Notes: generated by a model not told the origin, from the letters alone. Positions 10,777 through 21,439 are shown, numbered from the stretch's first letter. The stretch: 64,000 bases of DNA from a candidate division FCPU426 bacterium (GCA_963847625.1 CAWKAR010000039.1:96001-160000); one strand, 5' to 3'. A program made the numbers and translations.

Positions 10777-12885
10777 ATGGAACGTGTGAGTTGCACACTC
10801 GCGAATTCGACGTTGTCGTTTGAAACCGGCCGCATGGCTAAACAGGCGGATGGGGCCGTCTTGGCCCAGTTTGGGGAAACGGTAGTATTAGTCGCTGTGG
10901 TAGGAGCCAAAGAGCCCATGCCTGGAAAGGATTTCTTTCCACTCACGGTTGAATACCGGGAAAAAACATCCGCCGCCGGCCGCATTCCCGGAGGCTGGTT
11001 CAAGAGGGAAGGAAGACCCCGCACGAAAGAAACCCTGACTTCCCGATTGATCGATCGCCCGATTCGGCCCCTTTTCCCGGACGGTTATTTCAACGAGATC
11101 CAGTTGATGGCGACCGTTATTTCCTCCGACCAAGAAAATGACTCCGACGTCTTGGCTGTTTCCGCCGCCTCGGCAGCCTTGGCGATTTCCGACATCCCCG
11201 TGGCCAATATGTTCGGGTGTGTGCGTGTGGGCCGGGTGAACGGCGACTTGATCGTCAACCCTACATTCAAACAGATGGAAATCAGCACTCTGGACCTGGT
11301 GGTGGCCGCCAGCCGAAAGGCGGTCATCATGGTTGAGGGTAGCGCTCATGAGGAATCGGAATCCGTGATCTTGGAGGCCGTCAAACAGGCCCACCAGGCG
11401 TGCCAGAAAATCATCGAACTTCAAGAGCAGCTGGTTAAAAAGATCGGCAAGCCAAAGCGTGCCTTGACGCTCGTGAAGCCCGACGAGTCCCTCGTTGCCG
11501 ACGTGAAAGCCTTCGCCCTTCCAAGAATGAAAGTTGCCATGGGTGAAAAAGACAAACTATCCCGCCAGGAAAAAGTCGCCCAGGTGGGAAAAGACGCTTG
11601 TGAGGCCCTGAAGGGAAAATATCCCGAGAAAGACAAGGACATACTGGGTATCTTGCATTCCATCGAATCCGACATGGTGCGAGAGGCCATTTTGGACCAG
11701 CATGAACGGCAGGATGGAAGAAAGTTCGACGAATTTAGGCCCATTACATGTGAAGTGGGAGTGTTACCCAGAACCCACGGCTCGGCGCTTTTTACACGTG
11801 GGCAAACCCAGGCTTTGGTCGTCACAACCCTGGGTACCAAAGACGACCAGCAAATTTTGGAGGAACTGGAAGGAGAGCAGAAGAAGCATTTCATGCTCCA
11901 TTATAATTTCCCTCCTTATTCAGTGGGCGAGATCAAGAGATTATCCGGACCCGGCCGCCGGGAAATAGGCCATGGCGCCTTGGCTGAAAGAGCCTTGGAG
12001 TCCCTTCTGCCCGTCCGCGACCAGTTTCCCTACACTATCCAAGTAAACTCGGACATCCTGGAATCCAACGGCTCCTCCTCCATGGCTTCCGTGTGCGGCG
12101 CTTCCCTGTCCTTGATGGACGCGGGAGTACCCATCAAGAGCGCTTGCGCGGGTGTGGCCCTCGGGTTGATTTCTAGCGAAGACATGTCCAAGTACGCCAT
12201 CCTGACTGATATCCAAGGTCTAGAAGATCATTTTGGGGACATGGATTTTAAAGTGGCGGGAACCCGCAAGGGAATCACGGCCATTCAAATGGACATCAAA
12301 ATTTTGGGTTTGTCTTTTGAAATTATCGAGAAAGGATTAGCTCAGGCCAAGCAAGGGCGCCTGACGATCCTGGACTTGATGGATCAAAGCCTAAAAACAC
12401 CTCGGGAGAAATTATCCCCATACGCCCCACGAATCGTCACTATCAAGGTGCCCGTGGACAGGATCCGTGAGATCATCGGTAAGGGTGGATCAACCATCAA
12501 GAAAATCCAGGATGACTTCCATGTGGAAGTAAGCGTGGAAGACGATGGCTCGGTTCATATCTCCTCGGCGAACGGCAAGGATATCGAGGACGCCCAAAAG
12601 TTCATCGGAAACCTCATGGCAGAGGCTGAGGAAGGGAAGATTTATTTGGGAACCGTAAAAAAAATCATGGATTTCGGCGCTTTTGTTGAAATCATTCCTG
12701 GAACCGACGGACTCGTGCATATTTCCCAACTGGACCGGAAGCGCGTGGAGCGCGTGGAAGATGTTCTCAAGGAGGGCGACGAGTTGCTTGTAAAATGCAT
12801 CGGGATTGATCCTAAAACGAAGAAAATAAAGCTTTCTCGAAAGGACGCCCTCGACTTGAAAATCGAGGATTACAGAAACAAGTAA
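10777..12885 (+). CDS. pnp: polyribonucleotide nucleotidyltransferase
   Basis: RTHGSALFTRGQTQ, ESNGSSSMASVC, GDMDFKVAG, KH and S1 domains. Confidence 0.98.
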   Translation: MERVSCTLANSTLSFETGRMAKQADGAVLAQFGETVVLVAVVGAKEPMPGKDFFPLTVEYREKTSAAGRIPGGWFKREGRPRTKETLTSRLIDRPIRPLFPDGYFNEIQLMATVISSDQENDSDVLAVSAASAALAISDIPVANMFGCVRVGRVNGDLIVNPTFKQMEISTLDLVVAASRKAVIMVEGSAHEESESVILEAVKQAHQACQKIIELQEQLVKKIGKPKRALTLVKPDESLVADVKAFALPRMKVAMGEKDKLSRQEKVAQVGKDACEALKGKYPEKDKDILGILHSIESDMVREAILDQHERQDGRKFDEFRPITCEVGVLPRTHGSALFTRGQTQALVVTTLGTKDDQQILEELEGEQKKHFMLHYNFPPYSVGEIKRLSGPGRREIGHGALAERALESLLPVRDQFPYTIQVNSDILESNGSSSMASVCGASLSLMDAGVPIKSACAGVALGLISSEDMSKYAILTDIQGLEDHFGDMDFKVAGTRKGITAIQMDIKILGLSFEIIEKGLAQAKQGRLTILDLMDQSLKTPREKLSPYAPRIVTIKVPVDRIREIIGKGGSTIKKIQDDFHVEVSVEDDGSVHISSANGKDIEDAQKFIGNLMAEAEEGKIYLGTVKKIMDFGAFVEIIPGTDGLVHISQLDRKRVERVEDVLKEGDELLVKCIGIDPKTKKIKLSRKDALDLKIEDYRNK

Positions 12886-12900
12886 TTTCAACTTTTAACT

Positions 12901-12934
12901 AGGCTCCGGGAGTGGTTCCCGGAGCTTTTTTTTT
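12901..12934 (+). terminator. intrinsic terminator after pnp
   Basis: GCTCCGGGA-gtggt-TCCCGGAGC followed by a T-run. Confidence 0.9.
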
Positions 12935-13017
12935 GCCTTTTTGAAAATAAATCCACTGAATCTTAAGGAGTGAAGCTTTTTTAGACTGTAATTTTTAACT
13001 TTGGGGTTTGACTATGG

Positions 13018-13036
13018 GTGTAAAATAAATTTACAC
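13018..13036. promoter_or_regulatory. palindromic operator GTGTAAA-N5-TTTACAC (candidate binding site of the downstream sigma54 activator)
   Basis: Perfect 7-bp arms; same TGT-N11-ACA geometry as the two sites at 15368-15413. Confidence 0.55.
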
Positions 13037-13093
13037 TTGATCATTAACTTTTTACTATAAGTTAATTTTTTTAGGCACTGATAGGGGTTCAAG

Positions 13094-13474
13094 TTGAAAA
13101 AAACCATGTTAAAAAAAGAAGATTGGGGGGGGTTAACCATCGTGGCCCTCTTGGCGGCTTACGTTTTTCCGCCTTATTTCGTCTATCTCATGACAATGGC
13201 GGCCTTGACCGAATTCGCCCACCTCTGGACCACCCGTCTTTCCCGCGTCGACCAGGAAAAATTCATCGCTTTCGAGAAGGAATTCCGAAAGGGGTATCAA
13301 TTAGAAAAGGCCGGTAAACTGAAAGATGCTATTCAGTGGTACCAGAAACTCGAAACACGGTATGCCGACCTTCCTCAGGCGGGAAAACTAGCCACCCTGC
13401 AAATCCGGAAATTAACCCAGAAAAAAGGTGCAAAGAATTTTTTGCCCCCGCGAAACCCCAAGCCACCGGAGTAA
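13094..13474 (+). CDS. small membrane protein with TPR-like C-terminus
   Basis: Hydrophobic N-terminal segment then GYQLEKAGKLKDAIQWYQKL; 3 nt before the activator gene. Confidence 0.7.
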   Translation: MKKTMLKKEDWGGLTIVALLAAYVFPPYFVYLMTMAALTEFAHLWTTRLSRVDQEKFIAFEKEFRKGYQLEKAGKLKDAIQWYQKLETRYADLPQAGKLATLQIRKLTQKKGAKNFLPPRNPKPPE

Positions 13475-13477
13475 ATC

Positions 13478-15358
13478 ATGGACCCTATCGCCTGCCGGGA
13501 ATGCGGATTTACCATGGAACCTCAAAACAGGTTTTGCGCCATTTGCGGTGTAGCCCATGAGGAAATCGAAACAGGAACACGGGAAGGGATGGAGGCTTTT
13601 GAACAGGGGGAATACGAGAAGGCCCTTCAACTTTTCAAAATCACCGCCAAAAAACAACCGTTCAGCGTATTTGCCCTTCGGGACGTGGGTCACGCGGCCT
13701 TTCATCTCCAGGATTTCAACCTCGCCCTGGAATATTATGAGAAAGCGCTCCAACTCCATAAAAGCCTCTTGGATGTCCATTTCAACCTGGGGCTCATCCA
13801 TTTGCAACGGGGCCACGTTAACGATGCGGCTTTTTGCTTCTTGGAAACGCTCCATCTCATCCATCCCTTGACCCCCGGGGCTTATTACCTGGGATTATTT
13901 CATAGCTCGGAAAGCCTTACTTTCCAATGCCGGTTGAACCTGGGAAATCTTTTCAAGGAAAGGGGTGAATTGGAAAAGGCTCTAGAGCAATACCGCCTCG
14001 TCGTGGCCCTCAACCCCAAAAACGTTCTAGCGCTTGGAAGTTTGGGCGACTGTCTCATCGCGCTGGAACAATATGACCAAGCCATCGGAACGTATAAAAA
14101 AGCGATCCGTGTCCTTCCGGACGGAGAGGAGAAGCTAAAACTTCAAAACGACCTGGGTGTTTCCTATTTCAAGAAGGGCGACCTCGAAAGGGCGATTAAC
14201 GAATTCAAGAACATCCTCAAGAAGGACCCGGGACACGTAAACGCCGTTTATAACCTGGGACAGCTCTATTACCACGAAGGTTTGACGGGAAGGATGAAAG
14301 AGGATTACGCGGATTTCGTCAAGTCCTCCAAAGACGCAGCCTCCATTCTTTTTTCCATTTCCAAGTCCATGGTTTCAGTGGCCGCATCCGAGAAAGGCCC
14401 GCAGATAGAGGAAACCAATCTCATCGGCAATAGTCTTCCCATGCGTAAAATACAAGAACTGATCAAACGCGCGGCAGCCAGCGACGCCACCGTGTTGATT
14501 TTAGGGGAGAATGGGACAGGGAAGGAACTTGTTGCCCGGGCCATCCATCAGCAATCCGGAAGACACGATAAACCGTTTCTCCCCATCGCTTGCGCCGCTT
14601 TAAGTGAATCCCTCCTGGAAAGCGAACTTTTCGGTCATGAGCAGGGCTCTTTCACCGGGGCCATCGGTCAGAAAATGGGAAAATTCGAGGTAGCCGATAA
14701 AGGGACTGTTTTCCTGGATGAGATCGGCGATATCTCCCTTGCCACCCAGGTCAAACTTCTCCGTGTACTCCAGGAACGGGAATTTCAGCGGGTGGGCGGG
14801 AATGAGACGCTCAAAGTCAATATCCGGGTCATCTGCGCCACCAACCGCGATTTGAAAGAAGCGATACAATCCGGCAAGTTTCGAGAGGATCTTTTCTACC
14901 GGCTGAACGTGATCGTGATTGATATGCCTCCGTTACGGGAAAGGGAAGGAGACTTGATTCTGCTCATCCGGTATTTCCTGGAGCGCATGAGGGTCAAGAA
15001 ACCCAACCGGTTTGAGGGAGTATCCGCCAAGGCTTTGGAGATCATGCAGCGTCACCGCTGGCCGGGGAATGTGCGGGAATTGGAAAACGTGATTGAAAGG
15101 ATCGTGACCCTGAATGACGACGTATTGATTCAACCGGAACATTTACCTTCGGAAATTACCAATTTTGATTCCCGTCTTTCCTTTTTCACCCAAACCTTGC
15201 CGAACGTGGGAATTTTGGAATCGGTGGAAAAAGACATCATTTTAAGGATACTGAAGGAATACCGTTTTAACAAGAAACAGGCGGCCAATAAATTGGGGAT
15301 TAGCCGGCCCACTCTTTATCAAAAAATGCGAAAATATGGGATTGTTGTGAAAAAATGA
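13478..15358 (+). CDS. sigma54-dependent enhancer-binding protein with N-terminal zinc ribbon and TPR repeats
   Basis: CxxC...CxxC, TPRs, [44 protein letters not shown], Fis-type HTH. Confidence 0.95.
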   Translation: MDPIACRECGFTMEPQNRFCAICGVAHEEIETGTREGMEAFEQGEYEKALQLFKITAKKQPFSVFALRDVGHAAFHLQDFNLALEYYEKALQLHKSLLDVHFNLGLIHLQRGHVNDAAFCFLETLHLIHPLTPGAYYLGLFHSSESLTFQCRLNLGNLFKERGELEKALEQYRLVVALNPKNVLALGSLGDCLIALEQYDQAIGTYKKAIRVLPDGEEKLKLQNDLGVSYFKKGDLERAINEFKNILKKDPGHVNAVYNLGQLYYHEGLTGRMKEDYADFVKSSKDAASILFSISKSMVSVAASEKGPQIEETNLIGNSLPMRKIQELIKRAAASDATVLILGENGTGKELVARAIHQQSGRHDKPFLPIACAALSESLLESELFGHEQGSFTGAIGQKMGKFEVADKGTVFLDEIGDISLATQVKLLRVLQEREFQRVGGNETLKVNIRVICATNRDLKEAIQSGKFREDLFYRLNVIVIDMPPLREREGDLILLIRYFLERMRVKKPNRFEGVSAKALEIMQRHRWPGNVRELENVIERIVTLNDDVLIQPEHLPSEITNFDSRLSFFTQTLPNVGILESVEKDIILRILKEYRFNKKQAANKLGISRPTLYQKMRKYGIVVKK

Positions 15359-15367
15359 AGAAGAGAG

Positions 15368-15413
15368 TGTAAGATTTTAATACATATTAACTAAATTGTA
15401 AAAATACTTAACA
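15368..15413. promoter_or_regulatory. two candidate upstream activator sequences (TGT-N11-ACA)
   Basis: TGTAAGATTTTAATACA (15368-15384) and TGTAAAAATACTTAACA (15397-15413), upstream of a sigma54 promoter. Confidence 0.6.
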
Positions 15414-15476
15414 CTTGAAAGCGATTTATTATTTCAATAATCCTTAATTTTAAAGGTTTTTTTCCTTTATTAGATC

Positions 15477-15492
15477 TGGCACAGACCTTGCT
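15477..15492 (+). promoter_or_regulatory. sigma54 (-24/-12) promoter
   Basis: TGGCACAGACCTTGCT fits the TGGCAC-N5-TTGCW consensus with exact spacing. Confidence 0.85.
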
Positions 15493-15502
15493 TTTAAAAG
15501 CA

Positions 15503-15597
15503 ATAGCTGGCTTTAACCGGCTGGCTTTCAAACGAATCAACATTAAAACACTCACCTCCTAAAGAGCCTCGGTTCGACCCAACCGGGGCTTTTTTTT
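15503..15597 (+). ncRNA. candidate sigma54-dependent small RNA (~95 nt)
   Basis: Lies between a sigma54 promoter and an intrinsic terminator, has no convincing ORF, and contains anti-SD-like CTCACCTCCT. Confidence 0.7.
15565..15597 (+). terminator. intrinsic terminator of the candidate sRNA
   Basis: AGCCTCGGTT-cgaccc-AACCGGGGCT followed by a T-run. Confidence 0.88.
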
Positions 15598-15812
15598 GCC
15601 TAAAATCATAAATTTCCCGGTCATCCAAAATCGGGGAGAGCCTTACCTTGTGTTATATTGCCCGGCAACAGTCCTAGCTCTTAACCCAAAGTTGAAAGTT
15701 CCAATCGTCCTATCAAACTTGTGAAAATCGGACGTATGGTTCATTCCCTTTGCGAAAACTTTAAATTTTTAACTTTTTTGCGTTAAATCCCAATATTCCT
15801 AACGTTTGGAGG

Positions 15813-16916
15813 TTGTCCCTGAACGCCTATTGGATCGTCTTTCTTACCGCTTTCGTCTTGGCTATAGGATTGACCCCCCTATTTCGAAAGATCGCCCTGA
15901 GGTCCCAGTTTTTGGATACCCCCTTGGGACAGCTCAAAAAACACACAGCGCCGGTTCCCTATTTAGGGGGGCTGGCAGTTTATTTCTCCTTTTTGCTGGC
16001 CATCCTGGGGGCCCTGGTTCTCGCTCCGCCTCCTGACGGATCCCGCATCCTGGCTCTCCTGGCGGGGGGAACGGTCATGGCCTTGATGGGTTTAGTGGAC
16101 GACCTTTTTTCCCTATCCCCCGCTGTCAAATTCCTTTTTGAATTTCTGGCTGCCAGCCTACTGGTCCTTTTCGGCGTCAAACTGGAATTTCTGCCAAGTC
16201 ATCCCATCTTGGGTTATGCGCTGACCCTTATCTGGATCGTGGCGGTCACCAATGCTGTCAATTTAATCGATATCATGGACGGCTTGGCAGGGGGAATCTC
16301 CTTCATTGCTTGCGCGGGATTCGTTTTCGTGCCGTTCCTTGGCGTGCAAAGCTATGTCCGCCTGACGGCCGCCGCACTGGGCGGAAGCGTCCTAGGTTTC
16401 TTGCCGTATAACTTCCAGCCCGCGCGCATATATATGGGAGACTCGGGAGCCCTATTTCTGGGATTCATGCTCGCTGGGATCGCACTAGGGCACGGGTATA
16501 CCCAAGTGAACGTGGTCGCCCTTTGCGGGCCGCTCCTTGTTCTGGGCATACCCCTTTACGACACCGCCCTGGTCATGGCGCTTCGTTTTTTGAAGGGGCG
16601 TTCGATGTTTAGGGGCTCCAACGACCATTTGGCCCTGCGTTTAAGACGCTTGGGCTTAACCGTCAAGCAAACGGTCCTAAGCCTTTGGACTCTCTCCCTT
16701 TTACTGGCGTGCGGAGCCGCCTTGTTGGTCCGCTTTTCCGAGAAAAGGGCCCTGGCCCTCATGGTTCTATTCTTCTTCCTGACTTTGGTTTTCACTTTTT
16801 TCATTTCCAGCGTGCCTGTGGATGAGGGGTTGAAGAAAATCCGGGAAAACCCTTTCCGAGTGTGGCTGGAACCATCCCTGGTTGGAAAATCCGCCAAACC
16901 CAGGAAAAAGAAGTGA
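15813..16916 (+). CDS. MraY/WecA/TagO family undecaprenyl-phosphate sugar-1-phosphate transferase
   Basis: PYLGGLA, GLVDD, NAVNLIDIMDGLAGG, YMGDSGA; polytopic; GGAGG before TTG. Confidence 0.92.
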   Translation: MSLNAYWIVFLTAFVLAIGLTPLFRKIALRSQFLDTPLGQLKKHTAPVPYLGGLAVYFSFLLAILGALVLAPPPDGSRILALLAGGTVMALMGLVDDLFSLSPAVKFLFEFLAASLLVLFGVKLEFLPSHPILGYALTLIWIVAVTNAVNLIDIMDGLAGGISFIACAGFVFVPFLGVQSYVRLTAAALGGSVLGFLPYNFQPARIYMGDSGALFLGFMLAGIALGHGYTQVNVVALCGPLLVLGIPLYDTALVMALRFLKGRSMFRGSNDHLALRLRRLGLTVKQTVLSLWTLSLLLACGAALLVRFSEKRALALMVLFFFLTLVFTFFISSVPVDEGLKKIRENPFRVWLEPSLVGKSAKPRKKK

Positions 16917-16918
16917 GG

Positions 16919-18223
16919 ATGAAGACCCTCATCATCGGCGGGGGGGTGGCGGGGCTTTCCTGCGCAAGGACCCTGGCCGAGGCATCCAGCCCCTATCTCC
17001 TGGCTGAAAAAGAAAATGAATTAGGCGGCCTTTGCCGCACGGTTTTCACCCGTGGTTTTACATTCGATTACACCGGACACTTTCTTCATTTTCAAAAGCC
17101 CGGGATCGAGAAATGGGTCTTGAGTTTGGTGGACCGTCCCTTGCGAAAAAGATACCGGCACGCTGCCATCTATAGCCAAGGAATCTACAGCGAATATCCC
17201 TACCAGGAAAACAACGCCGGCCTGCCTTCCTCCACGGTTCGAGAGAATGTTTTGGGTGCCCTGGAATCCGTTCTCCACCGGCGCTTCGGGGGATGGGACT
17301 TGGAGCGGACCTGGGATTTCAAGTCCTGGTGTCTTCGGGCTTTCGGAAAGGGTGTTTCTGGGAATTTCATGTTTCCTTACAACGAGAAACTTTGGAAATT
17401 CCCCCTGGGAAAACTTTCCACCCTTTGGATGGGCCGTTTTGTCCCCTTCCCCCGGGTTTCTCGGGTGATTCAGGGGGCGTTGAAGCGCCAGCCTTCCGTC
17501 GCGGGTTACAACGCGACCTTTCTTTATCCCGAAGAAGGCGGTATTTCCTTGCTTCCGCACTCTATCGCGCGCGGGTTGCCCCGCTTGTGGACCCGAATGG
17601 AGTTGAATGGGCTAGATCTCGAAAAACACAAGGCCACTTTCGCTCCGGGATTGGAATTAGATTATGATTACCTGGTTTCCAGCCTACCCTTGCCACTGTT
17701 GGCGGCCTTGACGCGTGGTCTGCCCTTCCAACTTCGAAAGGCCGCATACCGTCTCAAAGCCACTTCCGTCTATAACATCAATTACGGGGTCCGGGGTTCC
17801 CAACCCATTCCCTATAGTTGGGTTTATTTTCCGGAAAAAGAGTTTGGGTTCCACCGGGCCGGCTCCGTGAGCGCCTGCGTGCCCGGTATGGCACCGAAGG
17901 GCCACTTTTCCCTTTATGTGGAGTTTTCCTACCGCGGGGGGAAACCTGACGCGAAGGCTCTGGGCCGGCATGCCGTGGAAAAACTCATCAAACTGAAATG
18001 GATTCGTTCCCAGCGGGAAATAGTTGTACGAGTGGATCTCAACCTGCCTGGAGCCTATGTGATTTATGACCAAGGCCGGAAGGACACGGTGAGTTGCTTG
18101 CTGAAATATTATCGGAAGAAAGGCGTCTTTTCGGTAGGCCGGTACGGGCGCTGGGAATATGGAACCATGGAATCCGCGATGGAACAGGGAATGGAGGCCG
18201 CCCGGACGATCCTGGGGAATTAA
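16919..18223 (+). CDS. FAD-dependent oxidoreductase (protoporphyrinogen oxidase / UDP-galactopyranose mutase-like)
   Basis: GGGVAGL, GGLCRT, FDYTGHFLH, GRYGRWEY. Confidence 0.85.
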   Translation: MKTLIIGGGVAGLSCARTLAEASSPYLLAEKENELGGLCRTVFTRGFTFDYTGHFLHFQKPGIEKWVLSLVDRPLRKRYRHAAIYSQGIYSEYPYQENNAGLPSSTVRENVLGALESVLHRRFGGWDLERTWDFKSWCLRAFGKGVSGNFMFPYNEKLWKFPLGKLSTLWMGRFVPFPRVSRVIQGALKRQPSVAGYNATFLYPEEGGISLLPHSIARGLPRLWTRMELNGLDLEKHKATFAPGLELDYDYLVSSLPLPLLAALTRGLPFQLRKAAYRLKATSVYNINYGVRGSQPIPYSWVYFPEKEFGFHRAGSVSACVPGMAPKGHFSLYVEFSYRGGKPDAKALGRHAVEKLIKLKWIRSQREIVVRVDLNLPGAYVIYDQGRKDTVSCLLKYYRKKGVFSVGRYGRWEYGTMESAMEQGMEAARTILGN

Positions 18224-18382
18224 ACATTGTGCATATCCCGGAGGGGAAGGGCATGGGCTTTCCAATCTCTTTGGGTGTTATAATACGCAACTCATCCGGA
18301 TTAGTTGGAACCGCTGGCACATTGTTTCAATTTTTTCGAGGAAGCAGGAGATGCATTTTGACTTCTTTTTCACGAGGGAATC

Positions 18383-18835
18383 ATGGCGGGAACCATAGAC
18401 GTTGAAACCTTGAAAGACATACCTCTTTTCCAGAGTCTCACCCCCGACCAGAGGGCCAACCTGGCCACATTTTTTTTCGAAAAGAACTACACGAAAAACT
18501 CCACCCTGTTCATCGAGGGAATGCAGGGCGAAATTCTTTATGTGATCAAGAAGGGCGCGGTCCAATTGGTCAAGAAAACCGCGAACAGCCAGGAAGCCGT
18601 CCTGGCGGTCTTGAGGGAAGGGGAGCTTTTGGGGGAAATGTCCTTGATCGACAACCGGCCTCGCAGTGCCTCGGCCAAGGTGGCGGAAGAGTCCATCCTC
18701 CTGGTGATGACGAAAAAGGCCTTCAACACGATGATCGAGAAATACCCCGAGATCGCCCTGAAAGTCGTGATGTTCTTTCTGAGGATAGCCAACGAACGTC
18801 TGCGGAAAGCCAATGAATCCTTTAAACAGGTTTGA
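18383..18835 (+). CDS. stand-alone cyclic nucleotide-binding domain protein
   Basis: LYVIKKGAV...GEMSLIDNRPRSASA; no HTH. Confidence 0.9.
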   Translation: MAGTIDVETLKDIPLFQSLTPDQRANLATFFFEKNYTKNSTLFIEGMQGEILYVIKKGAVQLVKKTANSQEAVLAVLREGELLGEMSLIDNRPRSASAKVAEESILLVMTKKAFNTMIEKYPEIALKVVMFFLRIANERLRKANESFKQV

Positions 18836-18851
18836 ACGGAACAAAACCACC

Positions 18852-20552
18852 ATGAGGAACAATCACTCCCTAGCCGTCCCATTGGCCCTTGGCATGGGCC
18901 TTTGGTTGTCCCACTGCCAGCTTTTGTCGGCCTCGGAAGACAGGTTGGCCAACGATCCCAGGGCCTACTGGCATTACGCCAACGGCATGTTCGCCCAGCA
19001 AACCCACGATCCCGAACGGGCTATCGCCGAGTTTCAAAGGGCCGCCGAACTTGACACGAAATCCATGGCCATCCATAACCGCCTGGCCTTCTTTTATTAC
19101 ATGGAAAGTATGGATTACAAGGCGGAGGAGGAACTCCAGAAATCCATCAAGTTGGATCCTGGCGACATCGACAACCGCCTCCTTTTGGCGAATCTTTTTA
19201 ACAGCCAAAACGAATTTTCCAAGGCGCAAAAAGAATACCAGCAGGTCTTGAAAATCGACCCTAAAAACGCGCAAGCCCGTTATTTCCTGGCGGGTGTTTT
19301 GGCGAACCAGAATAAGACCGAGGAATCCCTGGAAGCCTACCAGAAGATCCTGGAGGAAAACCCGAAATCGGCCGGGGTTTACTACAACATGGGGCTCATC
19401 TACACGCGGGCCAACCAAGCATCGAAGGCTGAGGAATGTTTTCAGAAAGCCATCCTGATTGATCCCAGCTTGGAAGCGGCTTATACCTCCCTGGGGCTAG
19501 TCTACGAATTGGACCAAAAAAACGATAAAGCCATCGAAACCTACAACGACCTGGTCAAGGTCAATCCCGATAACCCGCTGGCTTATTTCGCCTTGGGTGA
19601 GCTCTATTACAACCAGAAACAGGAACGGCAAGCCCTGGAGGCCTTCCAAAATTACTCGAAACTTAAACCAGATGACCCGGCGGTCTCGGATTACATCGGT
19701 CTCTGCCATTTCAGGCTGAAAGAATTTCCCGGGGCCATTGAGGCCTTCCAAAAAGTGCTGGAAAAGCAGCCCCAAAGCGCCCTCACGCGGTTGCGCCTTT
19801 CCGCGGCTTACGAGGAGAACAAGGATTGGGAGAATGCCGAAATCCAGTTAAAGGCCATCCTGGAAAAGGATCCCAAATCCATCGACGCTTGGGAAAGGCT
19901 GGCCATCTTGTACGATAAGCAAAAAAAAGACGACTTGACCGAGAAAACCATCATGGAGGGTTTGAAAGCCATTCCGAACAGCCCCGACCTTGTTCTCATG
20001 AAGGGCATGTTGAGCCAGCAAAGGGGAAACCTGAAGGATGCCGAAACCGATTACCGGAAAGCAATCCAATTGGATTCCAAAAATGTCCAGGCGTATTTCG
20101 AACTGGGAGCCCTTTTGGAAAAAACGGGGAAGTTCGACGAATCCATGGACCAGATCAAGAAAGTCATCCAGATCCAGCCGGATAACGCGGAGGCCTACAA
20201 TTACATAGGTTATTCCTATGCCGACCAGGGGGTCCACCTGGACGAAGCCAAGGCTTACCTGGAAAAGGCCGTAAAATTTGAGCCGGACAACGCTTATTTC
20301 CTGGACAGCCTGGGGTGGGTTCTCTTCCGGCAGAAGGACTTCAAAGGGGCGCGGGAGCAACTGGAAAAAGCCTTGAAGAATCTGAAAGGCGCCCAAAAGG
20401 ACGATGCGGTCATTTATGACCACATGGCCCAGGTCCTGATGCAGTTGGGTGAAAAGGAGGAGGCCGCCGCCCAATGGCAAAAAGCCCTCCAACTGGACCC
20501 CGACAACAAGACCTATCAAGAAAAAAACCGGCAAAAACAGCCTTCCCTTTGA
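18852..20552 (+). CDS. exported TPR repeat protein
   Basis: Signal-peptide-like N-terminus; many TPRs; AYNYIGYSYAD...YFLDSLGWVLF typical of the TPR gene upstream of ispE (ORF open from 18813). Confidence 0.9.
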   Translation: MRNNHSLAVPLALGMGLWLSHCQLLSASEDRLANDPRAYWHYANGMFAQQTHDPERAIAEFQRAAELDTKSMAIHNRLAFFYYMESMDYKAEEELQKSIKLDPGDIDNRLLLANLFNSQNEFSKAQKEYQQVLKIDPKNAQARYFLAGVLANQNKTEESLEAYQKILEENPKSAGVYYNMGLIYTRANQASKAEECFQKAILIDPSLEAAYTSLGLVYELDQKNDKAIETYNDLVKVNPDNPLAYFALGELYYNQKQERQALEAFQNYSKLKPDDPAVSDYIGLCHFRLKEFPGAIEAFQKVLEKQPQSALTRLRLSAAYEENKDWENAEIQLKAILEKDPKSIDAWERLAILYDKQKKDDLTEKTIMEGLKAIPNSPDLVLMKGMLSQQRGNLKDAETDYRKAIQLDSKNVQAYFELGALLEKTGKFDESMDQIKKVIQIQPDNAEAYNYIGYSYADQGVHLDEAKAYLEKAVKFEPDNAYFLDSLGWVLFRQKDFKGAREQLEKALKNLKGAQKDDAVIYDHMAQVLMQLGEKEEAAAQWQKALQLDPDNKTYQEKNRQKQPSL

Positions 20553-21439
20553 CCTTGAACTCCCTCACCGTACAAACGCCCGCCAAGATCAATCCGGTCC
20601 TGGAGGTATTGGGAAAAAGAAGCGACGGTTTCCACGAACTGGTCCTGGTTTTCCAGGCCATTGACCTGTTCGACGACCTTGACCTGGAAAAAACGGGAAA
20701 AGGAGTAGAACTTTCGGTCGCAGAATCCCCATCCCCCCTTCCCGGAGACGGTTCCAACTTGGCGGTCAAGGCGGCCAAATTATTCCTGAGGACGGCGCTC
20801 CAGAACAAAGGAGGAGTCCGAATGCGCCTCCATAAGCGCATCCCCCTGGCGGCGGGCCTCGGAGGAGGTTCTTCCGACGCGGCGGGGGCCTTGGTGGGGC
20901 TGGACCGGCTTTTTGGGACGGGCCTCCCGGAACAGGCTTTAAGGGGGATGGCGTCCCAGCTGGGGTCGGATGTCCCCTTCTTTCTCAAGGGAGGGACGGC
21001 CTTGGGCACGGGCCGGGGCGAAAACATCACTTCTTGGGATTCGAAGGTTTCCTATCCCCTGGTTTTGGTCAAGCCCTCCCAGGGTCTTTCCACCATGGAA
21101 GTTTACCGGTCTGGAAAGGCGTTGGTGACCCCGGGGGACCGGGCTGGGAAATTCAAAACAATCTGGGAAAGGGGTGAAGGCGCCGCCGCGGCGGCTGCAT
21201 TGTTCAACGGGTTGGAACCGGCGTCCTTTTTTTTAATGCCCTCCCTCCGGGATATAAAGGATAAGATCTTGGGGGCCGGCGCCTTAGGCGCCTTGGTGGC
21301 CGGAAGCGGGCCCACCGTTTTTGGGATCGCTAAGACAAGGGAACACGCCCTGGAGATGGCCGGGAAATTGAAAGGTATGGAGCTCACGGTGATGACCGCC
21401 CAAACGGTTTCCACCGGGGTTCAAATCAAGGCAAGGTAA
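20549..21439 (+). CDS. ispE: 4-diphosphocytidyl-2-C-methyl-D-erythritol kinase
   Basis: PAKIN, KRIPLAAGLGGGSSDAA, LGSDVPFF, GSGPTVFG. Confidence 0.95.
   Translation: MTLNSLTVQTPAKINPVLEVLGKRSDGFHELVLVFQAIDLFDDLDLEKTGKGVELSVAESPSPLPGDGSNLAVKAAKLFLRTALQNKGGVRMRLHKRIPLAAGLGGGSSDAAGALVGLDRLFGTGLPEQALRGMASQLGSDVPFFLKGGTALGTGRGENITSWDSKVSYPLVLVKPSQGLSTMEVYRSGKALVTPGDRAGKFKTIWERGEGAAAAAALFNGLEPASFFLMPSLRDIKDKILGAGALGALVAGSGPTVFGIAKTREHALEMAGKLKGMELTVMTAQTVSTGVQIKAR

Noticed and set aside
18315..18330. sigma54 promoter upstream of the cNMP-binding gene (TGGCACATTGTTTCA)
   Set aside because: The -24 element matches but the conserved GC at -12 is missing
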